This document shows, piece after piece, positions 1 through 12,300 of a stretch of DNA of 64,000 bases. The notes under the pieces were generated by a model. The model worked only from the letters and a program-made list of their open reading frames with translations. It searched no databases and was not told the origin of the DNA. The number at the start of each line of letters is the position of its first letter. Within the stretch, counting starts at the first letter, position 1. Location of the stretch: positions 1-64,000 of the forward strand of contig JALAGF010000438.1 of NCBI GenBank assembly GCA_030167865.1, read 5' to 3'. This DNA is from Craspedostauros australis (lineage: Eukaryota). Both the position numbers and the translations under genes were made by a program.

Positions 1-1296
1 GCCTACTGACGTCGACAGGATGTCAACATGTCACCACGTCGACAGCTGTCTCCAAGTCAGAGCAGGAGGCGAAGATACAATGACTCATGAAGATCACGGA
101 TACTGAAGGTGAACTTCAAATGGTAAGTACTCACGGAGTAGAAGCCAGTACTGAATGAACGGAGTGTCGAATGCGGAGCACGCATCGAACACGGAGTATC
201 GTGTAGCATGAGCACATGATGTTGAGAGAGAGAGAGAGAGAATACAGAGAGGAGCGAGAGAGGATCTCGCGCACCGACTCATAGTCGGAGACCGAATCTA
301 CGAAACAGATTGAAGCACCGAGAGCATCGGGCAAGAGAACGGCGTACACCGAGAGCATCGGAGTAGCCAAGTAATGAAATAGCAAACAGACGACTATCAA
401 CCAAGACCATCTTCCACGATCGTAGGTTACCGTGAGCGGAACTTGCCAACAGCAACGACGACGATGATGTAGCCGTCTTTGTCAAGATGTACATGTGAGT
501 ATATGTCGAGATGTACGTGTATATGTGCATCGTTCACCCGTTATTCTCTCATACGCAATTGAATGGTACAACTACATTCGTGTCAATAGTATGCTGTGAT
601 TTGTCAGAATTACAGTGGAAATGTAACACACGAAAATGAGCAGAATTTCTGGAGGAAATTTGCAATCGACGATTTCTGGGAGAATTAGAAACATCGTCCG
701 TCCATCCATCAATGAAGACGTATGGTACCAAGCGAATCTTGAGGTACTTCCCAACTAAACCTCAGATGACGATATCATCTGACAGACCACTGCATCACCA
801 ATGGAACGTGACATCTGGAGAGCAGAAGGACGCCTACTGACGTTGACAGGATGTCATCATGTCACCATGTCGACATCTGTCTCCAAGTCAGAGCAGGAGG
901 CGAAGATCCGATGACCGAAGGGCATCAAGATCATGGATACGGGAGATGCACTTCAAATGGTAAGTACTCATGGAGTAGGAACCAGTAGTGAATGAACGGA
1001 GTGTCGAATGTGGAGTACGCATCGAACACGGAGTATCGTGTAGCACGAAGTACACGATGCTGAGACAGAGAGAGAGAGAGAGAATACAAAGAGTAGCGAG
1101 AGAGCATCTCGCACACCGACTCATAGTCGGAGACCCAATCTACAAGACAAGTCAAACGCGCCGAGAGCATCGGGCAAGAGAACGAGCGTACACCGAGAGG
1201 ATCGGAGTAGCCAAGTAATGAAATAGCAAACAGAACGACTATCAACCAACACCGTCATCCACGATCGTAGGCTTCCAATCACAGAACTTGCCAACA
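1..1296. repeat. Degenerate direct repeat: copy A 1..~450 (may extend left of the window), copy B ~832..1296
   Basis: GCCTACTGACGT(C/T)GACAGGATGTCA at 1 recurs at 832. Collinear similarity continues through CTTCAAATGGTAAGTACTCA, an (AG)n tract, GAGTAGCCAAGTAATGAAATAGCAAACAGA and CACGATCGTAGG, and ends at GAACTTGCCAAC (~450 / ~1296). Confidence 0.9.
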
Positions 1297-2253
1297 CGTC
1301 TTCGAGTCTGCCCTTCGCATGGAGACTGCCGCCATGAACAAGCTGAACCAGGACGAGGAGAACGAGAGCTCCGAGGCTGACGCCGATGAGGAGATGGGCG
1401 TCCAGAAATAAGCACGCCAATGTATGATATTACACATGATAATCTGGCGCAACCACAGTGCGCCGCATCAACACATGGATCACGACACCGATGGTATGTC
1501 TGAGATGTATCGTGAATCTCAGACCACGGCGCCGTTTTCCCCTGAACAAGACAAAGCGCATTCGCCTGCCCTGCTAGTCACAACATAAACTTGCAACCAA
1601 CATAAGTTGGGATCAAAGTCAAATACAACAATGGAATTGTACAGTCCACTGCACAACACCATCAAATAGCAACAACTGATTGGTCTTCCTTCAAATGGTG
1701 GACGAAGGGGTTTACTCCGTCCCATGAATAGTATTCTAGATTTAACTCTTTAGGCTGTTCTATGTAGGCGACTACATGGAGTCTCTGACCTTGTTGTGTT
1801 ACTGCGACAAACAATCTATTGACGCAGCTTACACCGGTCGTTGACCGAAACAATCGGACATTCCACAACACTCAACAGACTATGTATGTATTAACGGACT
1901 ACATCGAACACTCTATGCATGACGGACAAATCGAATTGCGTCCGTCCGGCAATGAGTCGAGCGAGTCCACATGTGCACAATCCGCGCCACAAATCGTGGT
2001 GTTCATGAAGAAGGAAGAGGAAGGCGACCAAAATGGTGTGCACTGGTGGAAATGGAGGTCAGTCGCAACAAAACCACCCACCAACACACACGAACACACG
2101 AACAACACATGCTCAACAGGACTGAGCGCCAACGACTGAAGCAAAGGCTGCATCGACGATCAGGCATCGAGAATCAAAGGCCAAAGGAGGAAAGGCAAGC
2201 AAGGACGTAAACAACTGGAGAAGCAGCTCGGCAGAGAGTCGACAGAGACGAAA

Positions 2254-5200
2254 ATGAGGGCATCAAGACGCAGCAAGTCGAGCTCCAACAGCGGCATCCC
2301 AGCCGGGCACCAGCAGGAGAACAACCCGGAGCATCGGGAGTTCCTGATCCGCTCGCTGCGACGCAACGATGTGGACCTGGGCGCCATCATCGAGACCAAC
2401 CGCAAGCTGCGCGACGCCAAGAAGTCCGTGGTGGAGTCCTGCGGTGGCGACATCCTGCTGGATATGGGCTGCGGCGATCTGAGGCTGGTGGACGATGAGC
2501 TGCTTTCTACGAAGCAGCATTGTCTGTCGCCGACGCAGAAGCAGATCTGCAGCCACTTCCTGCAGCTGATGAAGCTGCGGCGCAAGCTGGCCAACCGCCT
2601 CGCCCGGCGTCTCAACCGAGTCGCGCAGGCCATGGACGGGACGGACGTCAAGCCACCGCCGGCACCCAAGTACGGGGACCCCAGATTCAGCGTGGACATT
2701 GCAGCTGTCAAGAAGGCCATGCTGCGATGGAAGACGATGGACGATGCCAGGGCCTGCATTGAGGCCTACCGCACCGTCACGCGCCAGATCTACTCCGCCT
2801 CCAGCGTGCCCATCGACACCAAACTCACGCACGTGGACAAGTCCCAGGGCTCCACTGCTGCTATAGCGCCAACGCAGGGATCGGATGGAGCTGCCTCTCC
2901 CGACAAGCCTCCATCCGCCAACCCAAGCACCGAAACCAACGAGGCATCTGCCAAGATGCAGGACGGCGCTTCCGAACCTGCAGCTGCTGGCGCAGGCACC
3001 GAAGCAGATGCAGACGCCAATTCAAGCGCACCAGCAACGGCCAAGGCAACCACAACAGCGACAGCCACAACAACCGCCGTAAGCGAGAACGTGTCCGAAC
3101 CTCCAGCTGTGCCATCCAACCCGACCATCCCCAGTCAAGTGGGAGCAGCGTACAAGGCACTCATGGAGTTCTCCGATGCATACCAGATGAAATGGGACCC
3201 GGTGACAGGAAAATCCAAGTACCTCATCAACGAAACCGAACACGAACCAGATTACACGCAGATCAAGTTCGGTGCGAGCATCGGGGCCGTCCACAACAGC
3301 ATGAGTCTCAAGGACAAAGAGACCGAGCACAAGAGCTGGCAGACGGCCTTGCTGGGGAGGATCGTGGATCAGCCCACCTTCGCAGACCTTGGTCTCGAGC
3401 ATCGCGTGTTCAACTTGGATGAACGCAGGAAGAGATGCCTTGAAGCAGATGGTGACGATGAAATCGACGTTGACATTGACGTTGCCGTTGCCGTTGAGCA
3501 GGATGCAAAGAATTCTCCGCAACCAGACACCGAAGCTTCCGCTGACAAGGAAGCAACGGCCATGGATATTGAGATGGGTGACGGCACCGAGGACAAGGAA
3601 GACTCGAGCAAGGCAAGCGTTGACGGCAACGATACCACCGAAAAGGACACCAAGACTGATGGAAAGGCTGGTCCGGAAGACGAGAGCGCACGCATGGAAG
3701 TTGACGCTGCGGATCCGTCCAAGCCCGATGTTCTCACATCTGATCAGGTACCGTCCAAAGACGAAGCCAAGGAGAGCAAAGAGCAAGTGAAAGAGGAGGA
3801 AACCGAAGATCAAGACGAAGACGGACAGAGAGGCGAGGATGGAAAACCGAAGGCAGAGGTGAACGTCAAAGCTGATGACACCGCGAAGGTTCCCGAAAAG
3901 GCCGACGAGAAGGAGGAGGAGGAGGTGCACGCAATGAAAATCGAAGAACCGAAGAGCACTTCGGACTCTGCAGGCAGTCCGAAAGCAGATGGTGCTGACA
4001 CGAAGGATGTCGAACCGGCGAATGCCACTGACACCGCGTCCGATTCCAAGAAAGACGCCAATCTCACGACCGACTCCAAGGAAGATGCGAGCGCCGATGC
4101 CAAGAAACTTGAGGAGGAGAGCAAAGATTCCGTCAAGGAGCCAAAGCAGGGCGCAAAGGACGATTCTGATTCTCCAAAACAGAAGAGCAAGGGCGAAGAC
4201 AAGGACAAGGCCCGGCCGGATGAATCCGATCAAGAGAAGGACAAGAAAATGGATGCGACAGCTAACGCTGACTCGAAGGCTGATGCTTTTTCCAAGGCCG
4301 ATGTCACGACCAGTGATTCCATACCTGCAACTGGAAAACCAGACGCCAAGGATGATGCCGTCGAACCAGCGGATCTTCCCAAAAGTTCTGATTCCGTCAA
4401 AAAGGAATCCGAGGACAATGAGATGGAGGTAGACGCACACGACGTCAAAAGCGATCCGAAAGCAGAAGACAAGGCCCACGAAGAAGACCATGCCAAGACG
4501 GCTTCTGCTGCTGCTGACACCAAAGCTGAGGCTGCCAAAACAGACAACGCAAAGGACGGCGAAGGTATCAAGCCAACCCAGGCGATCAAGGCAGAAGGGG
4601 AGAGCCACGAGAGTGATGCTGCCAATAAGGGTTCTGCACCTGATGAAATGGCAGAGAAGGACACGAAGGAGGCTGATGTCAAGGATTCAGTTTTGAAGAA
4701 GGATGACAGCGATCGCCGCAGCAGCAAGAGCGACCATGAGGACGCAATGGATGTGGACACGGCCAAATCATCCTCAGCAGCAACTCCCGGGCCACCCCCT
4801 GCAAAAGCAGCCGCAACAACCACACCAGCCGAAACAGAAACAGAAGTAAAAACGAAAAAGGAAGAATCAGACACCGAGGCAAAGCAGTCGGAAGAGCAGA
4901 AGTCCGAGTCCCAGAAGGATGACACCAAAAAAGATGTCGACGAGGATGACAAGGAGCAGACCAAGGAGAGCACCAAAATAGACGTCAAGATGGACGACAA
5001 TGGGGGCGAGGATAACAAGACTGAGAAAACCAAGGAGCAGGCAGAAACTGGACCCGATGTGAACAACAAGGACGTCGCACACAAGGTAGCCGATGACAGC
5101 GAAGCAATCAAGAAAGAGGACAAGGAAATCACTGATAAACCCCCTGCCGATCAAGATGCAAAAGACAGCAAGGTGGCAGAATCGAAGGCTGGGTCCAGTG

Positions 5201-7845
5201 GTGGGAAGGATGATGATGCCGGAGTCGATCTCAAAACAAGCAAGATGGAGACGCCAAAGACAAAGGATGACAAACCGAAGGAGCCAGAAACCAAGAGTAA
5301 ATCAGCTGGCGATGATGATGGTGCTGAAACAGGCAATGATGCCACCGGCAAGGATCCAGATGCCAACAGTAGCAAAGGCAGGAGCAGCAGCGATGCTAAA
5401 TCAACTGAAGACGGGACGAAAGAGACGCCAGATGAAACGACCACCACCGACGCTGCAGCGGCTGAAGACAACAAGGATGAGGACGCTGTGTCCAAATCAA
5501 AGGCAGAAACTCAACAAGCGACGGTGAAGATAGAGGCGGACAAGAGCGAGAGTGAAGAGAAGAAAACTGCAGACGCCGATATGAAGGTCGAGGAAGCTGA
5601 TCCATCTCCGAAGCCCGAACCGAAGGGCGCCGCCGATGACAAGGCCGAAGTGGCGGACTCAAAGCCTGCTGACGATGTGAAAGATGAAGGTGAGAACAAG
5701 GATGCCAACGAAGACAGTGGCAACACGATTGAAGAGATCAATGATAAGTCCACGAACGATGATGCCGTCAAGGACAGCAAGGACAAGTCCATAAAGACCG
5801 CCGAGGCTGATGATGCAAAACAAGATATTGACGATACGCAAGCAAAGAAGACACCAGAAGACAAGGCAGAAGCCGATGCGAACGGTGTGGACGACATGGA
5901 GGTTGATGCCAAGACTGACTCACACAAAGAGGAGGAAGACAAGATGGACGAAGATACTGAGAAATTGAAGGAAGATAAAGCCGATAACGAGGAAGGCACG
6001 GACAAGGACAAAATCAAGGACGAAAGTGGGGGTGAGGGTGACGTCAAAGCCGATGTCAAGGTTGAAGCCGCGCCTGACAGTGATGAAAGTGCCAAGAAGC
6101 CTGAAGAGGCAGAGAAGAAGGCAGAAGCCGGAGATGCGGACAATGCGGACGAGAAGATGGAATCAAAAGATGCTGAGAAGGACGAGGCAGTTGCTGAAGA
6201 TGCACCTGAAGACAAAGCCCAGGACGATAAACAAGAGAACAAGGATGATCAAGACAGTGGAGAGAAGGACGATGTCGAGGAGGCTGTAACAGATGGGCAG
6301 GGAGACACCAAATCCAAGAATGACGAAGAGGTCAAGAACAAAGGAGAAGAAAACGAAGAGCAGGCACCAGATCCACCAAAGCGGGTGAAACCAATGAACT
6401 TGGCAGCGATCCCATCGTTCTACGAGCAGGACTTCAAGCGCATCAAGACCATCCACGCTGACCTCATGTCAGCATCGATTCAGGAACATAGGCAACGCAA
6501 ACTGGCCGAAGTCAGTCACGACTACAACAAGGGTAAGTACAGCTGCGCCAGATGGCCAAACCAGACCGGTCAAGGAACCGAGGAGGGTTTGCGTTCCCAC
6601 ACTTGCAAGTGTTGGTGCTGTGTGACATGAGTGGACCTGCCGCACGTTGTTTTGCGCTCTGTTGCATTTCTTGACAGGCTGGGGTGCCTGATTCTGCTGC
6701 AGGGTTCCCTCGAGCTCCACGAAAATGCAGGTCGAGGTGTGACTGCATTTCTCTCCTCTACTCCGCAATTGTACAATACAATGCCATTTGCTTCCATCTT
6801 CTCACGTAACTGCCGACTATCGTTTGTGTGCCGTTGCCTATTCCATGCACCAAATACCTCCCTCGACCTCCGTATTCGCATAACACAACCTGTGCGACAC
6901 CGCATGACTTGCAACACCGTCATGCCGTACGCCATGCCATGCCATGCCGTAAACTGCCATACCACAGCCTTCCAAATGTCTTCAAGATACCAGGAACGCA
7001 TCCGTGCGTTGGAGCATCAGATCAACCTCAACCGTCACGAAAGCCGGGCAAAGTTGACGAAGCTGACCAACGAGTACAACTACCAGGTGACGATGAAGAA
7101 GAAGCAATGGTTGCAGGAGAAGAAGAAGTTCGACATGACACAGGCAAAGAGCGTCTTCCCGACCACGTTCCGACAGAACCCCGTGGGCACGCAAGCCACG
7201 GCCAACTTCCGGCGGTTGGGTGGCATAGCGAATTTGATCGGCACTTGCATGGCAGACATAGTGGACGCGACGACCATGATCACCGAGGGCAACGCCATGC
7301 GGCCGCAGAAGTTCCCACCGTTCAAGCCTCCTCCGGCACCTCCTTCCCTGTCGCCAGGTTCCGGAGAATCGCTGGCGCAGAAGGCAACGCGGTTGGATGA
7401 ACAGCTGAGACATCAGCATCAGGAATGCGTGAACCGCCTGAAGCAAAGCGAAGAAGAGAGAAAGCGGGCGTGGAAGAAGATGGTGAAGACCAAGGCGGAA
7501 TTCGAGATGCAGCCGATCCAGCAAGGGCGCCGCGGTGCTCGCTTCGACCCGTCGAACTATGTTGTTCAGATGCCAGGCCTCGGAGGTGGTCCGACCAAGG
7601 CGGCTTCACCACAACCAGTGGCCGCACCCCGGCCACGGGCCCCGGCCTTCTCCACGGCATCGCCAGGTGTCAGCCAATCGAAGTACTCGGCGGCCCGCGT
7701 CCGCGCACGAATCTCCCAAGACGGGTGCGTCGCCCCGGTGTCGGAACCGAAAAAGACGAAGGACGGGCTGTACCAACGACCTGCCGGGAGAACACGCAAG
7801 GGAATGCAGTGGGATGCCGTCCGCGGTATTTGGGCGCCGGAGTGA
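2254..7845 (+). CDS. Uncharacterised ~1718-aa protein: helical N-terminal region, ~1000-aa Asp/Glu/Lys-rich disordered spacer, C-terminal coiled coils and a terminal RPxGRxRKGxxWDxxRGxW module
   Basis: Exons 2254..6532 and 6968..7845. The 435-bp intron 6533..6967 (G|GTAAGT...CCACAG|CC) joins two same-frame ORFs to give ...DYNK-A-FQMSSRYQERI... Confidence 0.8.
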
Positions 7846-8844
7846 GGTCGTCGGATCGATCATCGGCATCAGTAGCCGGTTGAAGGGCTCTTTGTTTTGG
7901 GGATATAGTATGCTTCAGTACACGTGCAGAACCGCAGCATGTTGGCATTGCATCCTTGTCCACGAATTTAGTACACTACTTAATATATTACAATACCATA
8001 CGATTGCGAAACAGCGTGGAGAGAGTACTCCGCTCCACTGTGTGGCGATCAAAATGGAGACATGTTGATTGATTGGTTGCTTGATTGTGAATTCTGTGAG
8101 TGTGTAGTGCGGCGACCTAGAACATTGGTGGACGAGTGCCGTGGGTTATGCAGCCGAGCAAAGAGCAGGTAGTTGGGAAGCGCTGGCGCTGATCAGAGCG
8201 CCTGGTACCATACTATTATATATCTTTATTGTCCTCCATCGTTGGCTCTCTACGTTCCCTTCTATGCTCTACGAACTGCAGGGAGACAAAAGCGTCGCAG
8301 AGGAGAACTCTTCGAAGCAAGACACATCTGAAACCCGGGTTCCAAATTGTGTCTTGCCATCTCCCGCCACGTTTCGGCCTTCGTTCTTGTTCTGTTCTGT
8401 TTTGTTGCCGCGGTTTCCCTCTCTGTGTGGCGAACAGACGAGGCAAAAGTGCGACAGGCACAAACGAATGGCGAGGATGTCTCGCGAGTCCTGCCTGTGT
8501 GTCATTTGCGAGGACGAGAGCGAAAAAAATCGACGCCAAGAAAAGACACAGCCAACACGAAGCGCACAGGCGCTGATGTTGATGCCTTCGCTCTCCTCTT
8601 TTTTGTGTGTGGAGCAGCATCCACGCCCGCCGTCTCCTTCTCACCAAAAAGGATCACCACAATGCCAGCCCTCTATTAGCGTGCGCAGCAGTGGTAGGCA
8701 CAAGTACGCTATCTGTAGGCCATCTCTGTTGTGGCGACAACGAAGACAACAGCAACGCCTCTCTCTTGGCCATCTCATTCCTCTTCACTCGCTGTTCATC
8801 TCTCTTCTCTCAGCTCGGCTCGGCTCGGCTCAACTCAAGTGGAG

Positions 8845-8874
8845 TGAACTTGACTGAACTTGACTGAACTTGAC
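8845..8874. repeat. Tandem 10-mer (TGAACTTGAC)x3, preceded by (CTCGG)x3
   Basis: Read directly from the sequence, ~0.5 kb upstream of the SAPS ATG. Confidence 0.8.
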
Positions 8875-9378
8875 GCAACCCAAGTCAATAATCCATTCCA
8901 GCCCAAGAGAGCCCAAGAGAGCCCAATCGAAGCGGCGGAGACGAAGCCAAGACGGAGATTGCCCCTGGCAACTTGCACCGGACATCACACGAATCAGTCA
9001 AGCCGAAGGTCGAAGCCGTATCATCAATAGCTCCGTTGCACGTACCACAGAGTGCATCCGCACCAACGACGAGCACACTGTGCGCCCATTCTCCCTCTGT
9101 CAGGCTCAACGCGTCGTCACGGCAGCAGCAGAAGTAGCATTTGGCGCGGCTGCAGCCTTTCTTGCCGCCACAAAGGTTCGACAACAACGACCAAGAAGCA
9201 GGAGAGGCGAACGGCCAACTGCACGCTTCGACCATAGGTCATACTCGTAGCCACTCACTCATCGCTCACCCACACCTCAGCAACGACAGACACCAACCGA
9301 CCATCAACATCCTGCAACGCGAGGGAGCAGAGAAGAGCGCAACACAGCACAGAACAAAACAGCACGATTTTGAACATC

Positions 9379-12300
9379 ATGTCATTGCTGGACTCGGCAG
9401 GTGTCATGTCCACCGACATTTGGTGCACCGGGGCCTTCGCCTTCGAGTCGCCTCTCAAGGAGCTGCTGGACTCCGGCAAGTACACGCTGGAGCAGCTGCT
9501 GGCGGAGGATGAGCTCCTGCAGGAGCTGCGCGGGGTTCATCCACATCTCATCGACTACTTCTCGCAACCGGAGGCTGTGGCAGACCTCGTGCGGTACGTC
9601 ATTCTGGCACCTCAGAACACTCCGCCAAGGTCGATCGAAGAAGCGATGGGCCTCACGAGCATCGCTCCCGACGCAAACACTGATGATGGCGACGGGAACC
9701 AAGAAACGGGACAACCGCAGCAGGCGCAGGTGGACGCATCGGCAGCAGACGCCGAGAATCACCATGCGGATGGAGACAGAGACGTCGACGTCGACAACAC
9801 AAACGATGGACAACCCCAGAATGAAATCCAAGGCAGCAATGACAACAACGTCAACAACGAAAATGGCAACGGGAATTACGTGTCCGACCAGGAAAAGAAT
9901 GAGATGCTCTACATCAGGTTCCCCTACATGGCATGCGAGGTCATTTGCTGCGAGATCCAGGGAGTGGTGGACGTGATTGTCGACGGGGCGATCCCGACCG
10001 CGGGATCATCTCCAAATGGTCAAGCGGATGATCAGCAACCCCGTCCGGATGGCGACGAGAATACAGAGGCAGACGCAAAGGCAGACACAGCTGCAGAAGC
10101 GAATGCAAATGCGGAGACAAACACAGATGCTGCTGCAACTGCCACTGCGTCCGATGAAGCACAAGCAGATGATACCCAGGCCAAGGATACCACAGACACA
10201 GCGGCAACAACAACACCGCCAACAACAACAACAACAGAGGCAGAAAATGAAGCATCGGCAGAGCCACATGCCATCCTCGACCTCCTCTTCTCCGTCCTCT
10301 ACGACTCGGAGCCCGGAGAGATCGACGACTACAGGGCCGGGTACTTTGACAAGATCCTCTCCGTTCTCTTCAGGAAACGACCGCAGGCAATGAGCCACTA
10401 CCTCAATACCGGAGGCGGACGAGGCAGCGAAGCGCTCATGAATGCCATGTTCAAACATCTCTACTCACACTCCATCATGCAGATAGTCCAACGCCTTTTG
10501 CTGCCCCAACCGCCCATGCTCCCCAACCCCGAAGTCGACGAGCAGGATGAGAATAAGGACGGCGACGAACTCTACAACGACACCATGGAACAGCAGATGG
10601 ACATGGACGGCTTCCGAACCTTCCGATGCGATTGGTCCGACTCGCCCGTCGCGCTCAAATCTCTCCTGGATTGCCTCGTCACGCCTCCCCCCAAACCGGC
10701 TTCCACCGACGCAGAACGCGACCAGATCGGAGAGGAGCGGCATCTCAGCCTCTGCCAGAACGCCTCAGAAGTATTGATCACCATCATCCAAAACTCCCCC
10801 CTCACATCGCCAATGCTCCACACACTCACGACGGATCCCATCCTCGACCAGCTCATGATCACCGCCTCGAAGCTGGACACGGAAGAAGCCGCCTTCAGCC
10901 CTCACGACAGCTCCCTCACCTGCACCATGAACGTGCTCGAGAGTCTCATCCTGCAGCTCGGAGGCTACGGCTCCGTGGGAACGGTCATATTACCGGAAGT
11001 CGACGAGAATGGCGAACCCATCGACAGCGCCGAGGCGGAAGCCTACGCCCTGTCGCAGAATCAGAGGCTGGACCTGGCCACGTCGGAGACGCTCAGGAAA
11101 CATCTCCCCAAGATGCTTGACTCGCTGTCGCAACTCCTCCTCCACAAGTCGGCGGACTCGTGGATGTCGCCCATGCAGTACTCGAAGAACAGAGCGCAGC
11201 CTCTCTTGGGGTCTTCCAGATTACGCATCGTCCGGTTGCTCGAGTCGCTTGTTTTGTTGGGAGATGCCGATGTCGACTCCGTGCTGTGCAGATCACGGTG
11301 CCTGGAAATCTGTCTGGATCTGTTCTGGAAATTCCAATGGTGCTCCATGCTGCACCAATCCGTCGCCAACCTCCTCGTTCACGTATTCGAAGGTGCCAAC
11401 GCAAGAGCGGAGCTGCAGGAATACTTCATCGTCCAATGCAACCTGCTTGGTCGCTTGATGGATTCCTTCGCATCGCCCGAGACTGATGGCAGCCCGCCGG
11501 AAGATGGAGCCATCGGAGATCTCTCCGCCGCCCTTTTCAACCTGAAGCGCCAAAACTCGGCACCGTCATCATCCGTGGATGGTGAGAGAGGCAGCTCCAT
11601 GAACGACGATGACGAGGAGGACCACACTGGTGATGCCGATATGGAGGACAGCGAACAGCAAAGCAAGGCCGACGATGGTGACAATGACGTCGCGGGCACC
11701 GACACGAAGAGAAGCGGCGATTCCGAAACGAACGAAGGTGCGGACGACCAAGCTGGCGAGACCGCTGCGTCCGCTGATGCTGAAAATGCCAATATCGACG
11801 ACGCGGAAAATGGAGACGACGACGCATCCAACGGCAACCGTAGCAGCGACGACAACACCAACGCTGAGGATGCGATCCAATCCAACCAAGACTCAACAGA
11901 AGATGTGGGAGGGGCGGAGACAGCAGCAACCGACATGACAACCGATCCGAATGAAGAAGGCGTGCTAGCACAACCACAAGCGCTTGGCGCGGAATTCTCT
12001 TCCGAGCAGTCCTTCCGGTTGGGCTACATGGGCCACGTGATCATCATCTGCCAGGCCCTGGTGCACGCCTGTTCGTGCGAGGGAGAAATGCCTGAAGGTT
12101 ACGATGATCTCGAGGCCGGGATGTACCCGCCAAATCAAGGCGATCCGGGACCACCCCAAATGAATGGTGATGTCAGCAGCATCCCGATGGAAGGCGCTGC
12201 TCCAAGCGTTCAGCCAGACGCCGATGGCGATAAAACGGAGGGCGCCCAGCCAGGCCAGAATGATCCCGAGAACCCGGGCCTCGAAAACCCAGCAATGGAC

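Noticed and set aside
1500..1900. AT-richer stretch with short minus-strand ORFs (…QPKELNLEYYSWDGVNPF…), possible pseudogene or transposon relic
   Set aside because: No recognisable motif, and the frames are short.
3022..6242. Long antisense ORFs (528, 300, 243 aa) opposite the first gene, and similar ones opposite other large genes
   Set aside because: These are shadow ORFs caused by biased codon usage of the sense gene, with non-protein-like composition.
8141..9250. 238-aa and shorter ORFs upstream of SAPS
   Set aside because: They run through microsatellite-rich promoter/5'UTR sequence and have no domain.
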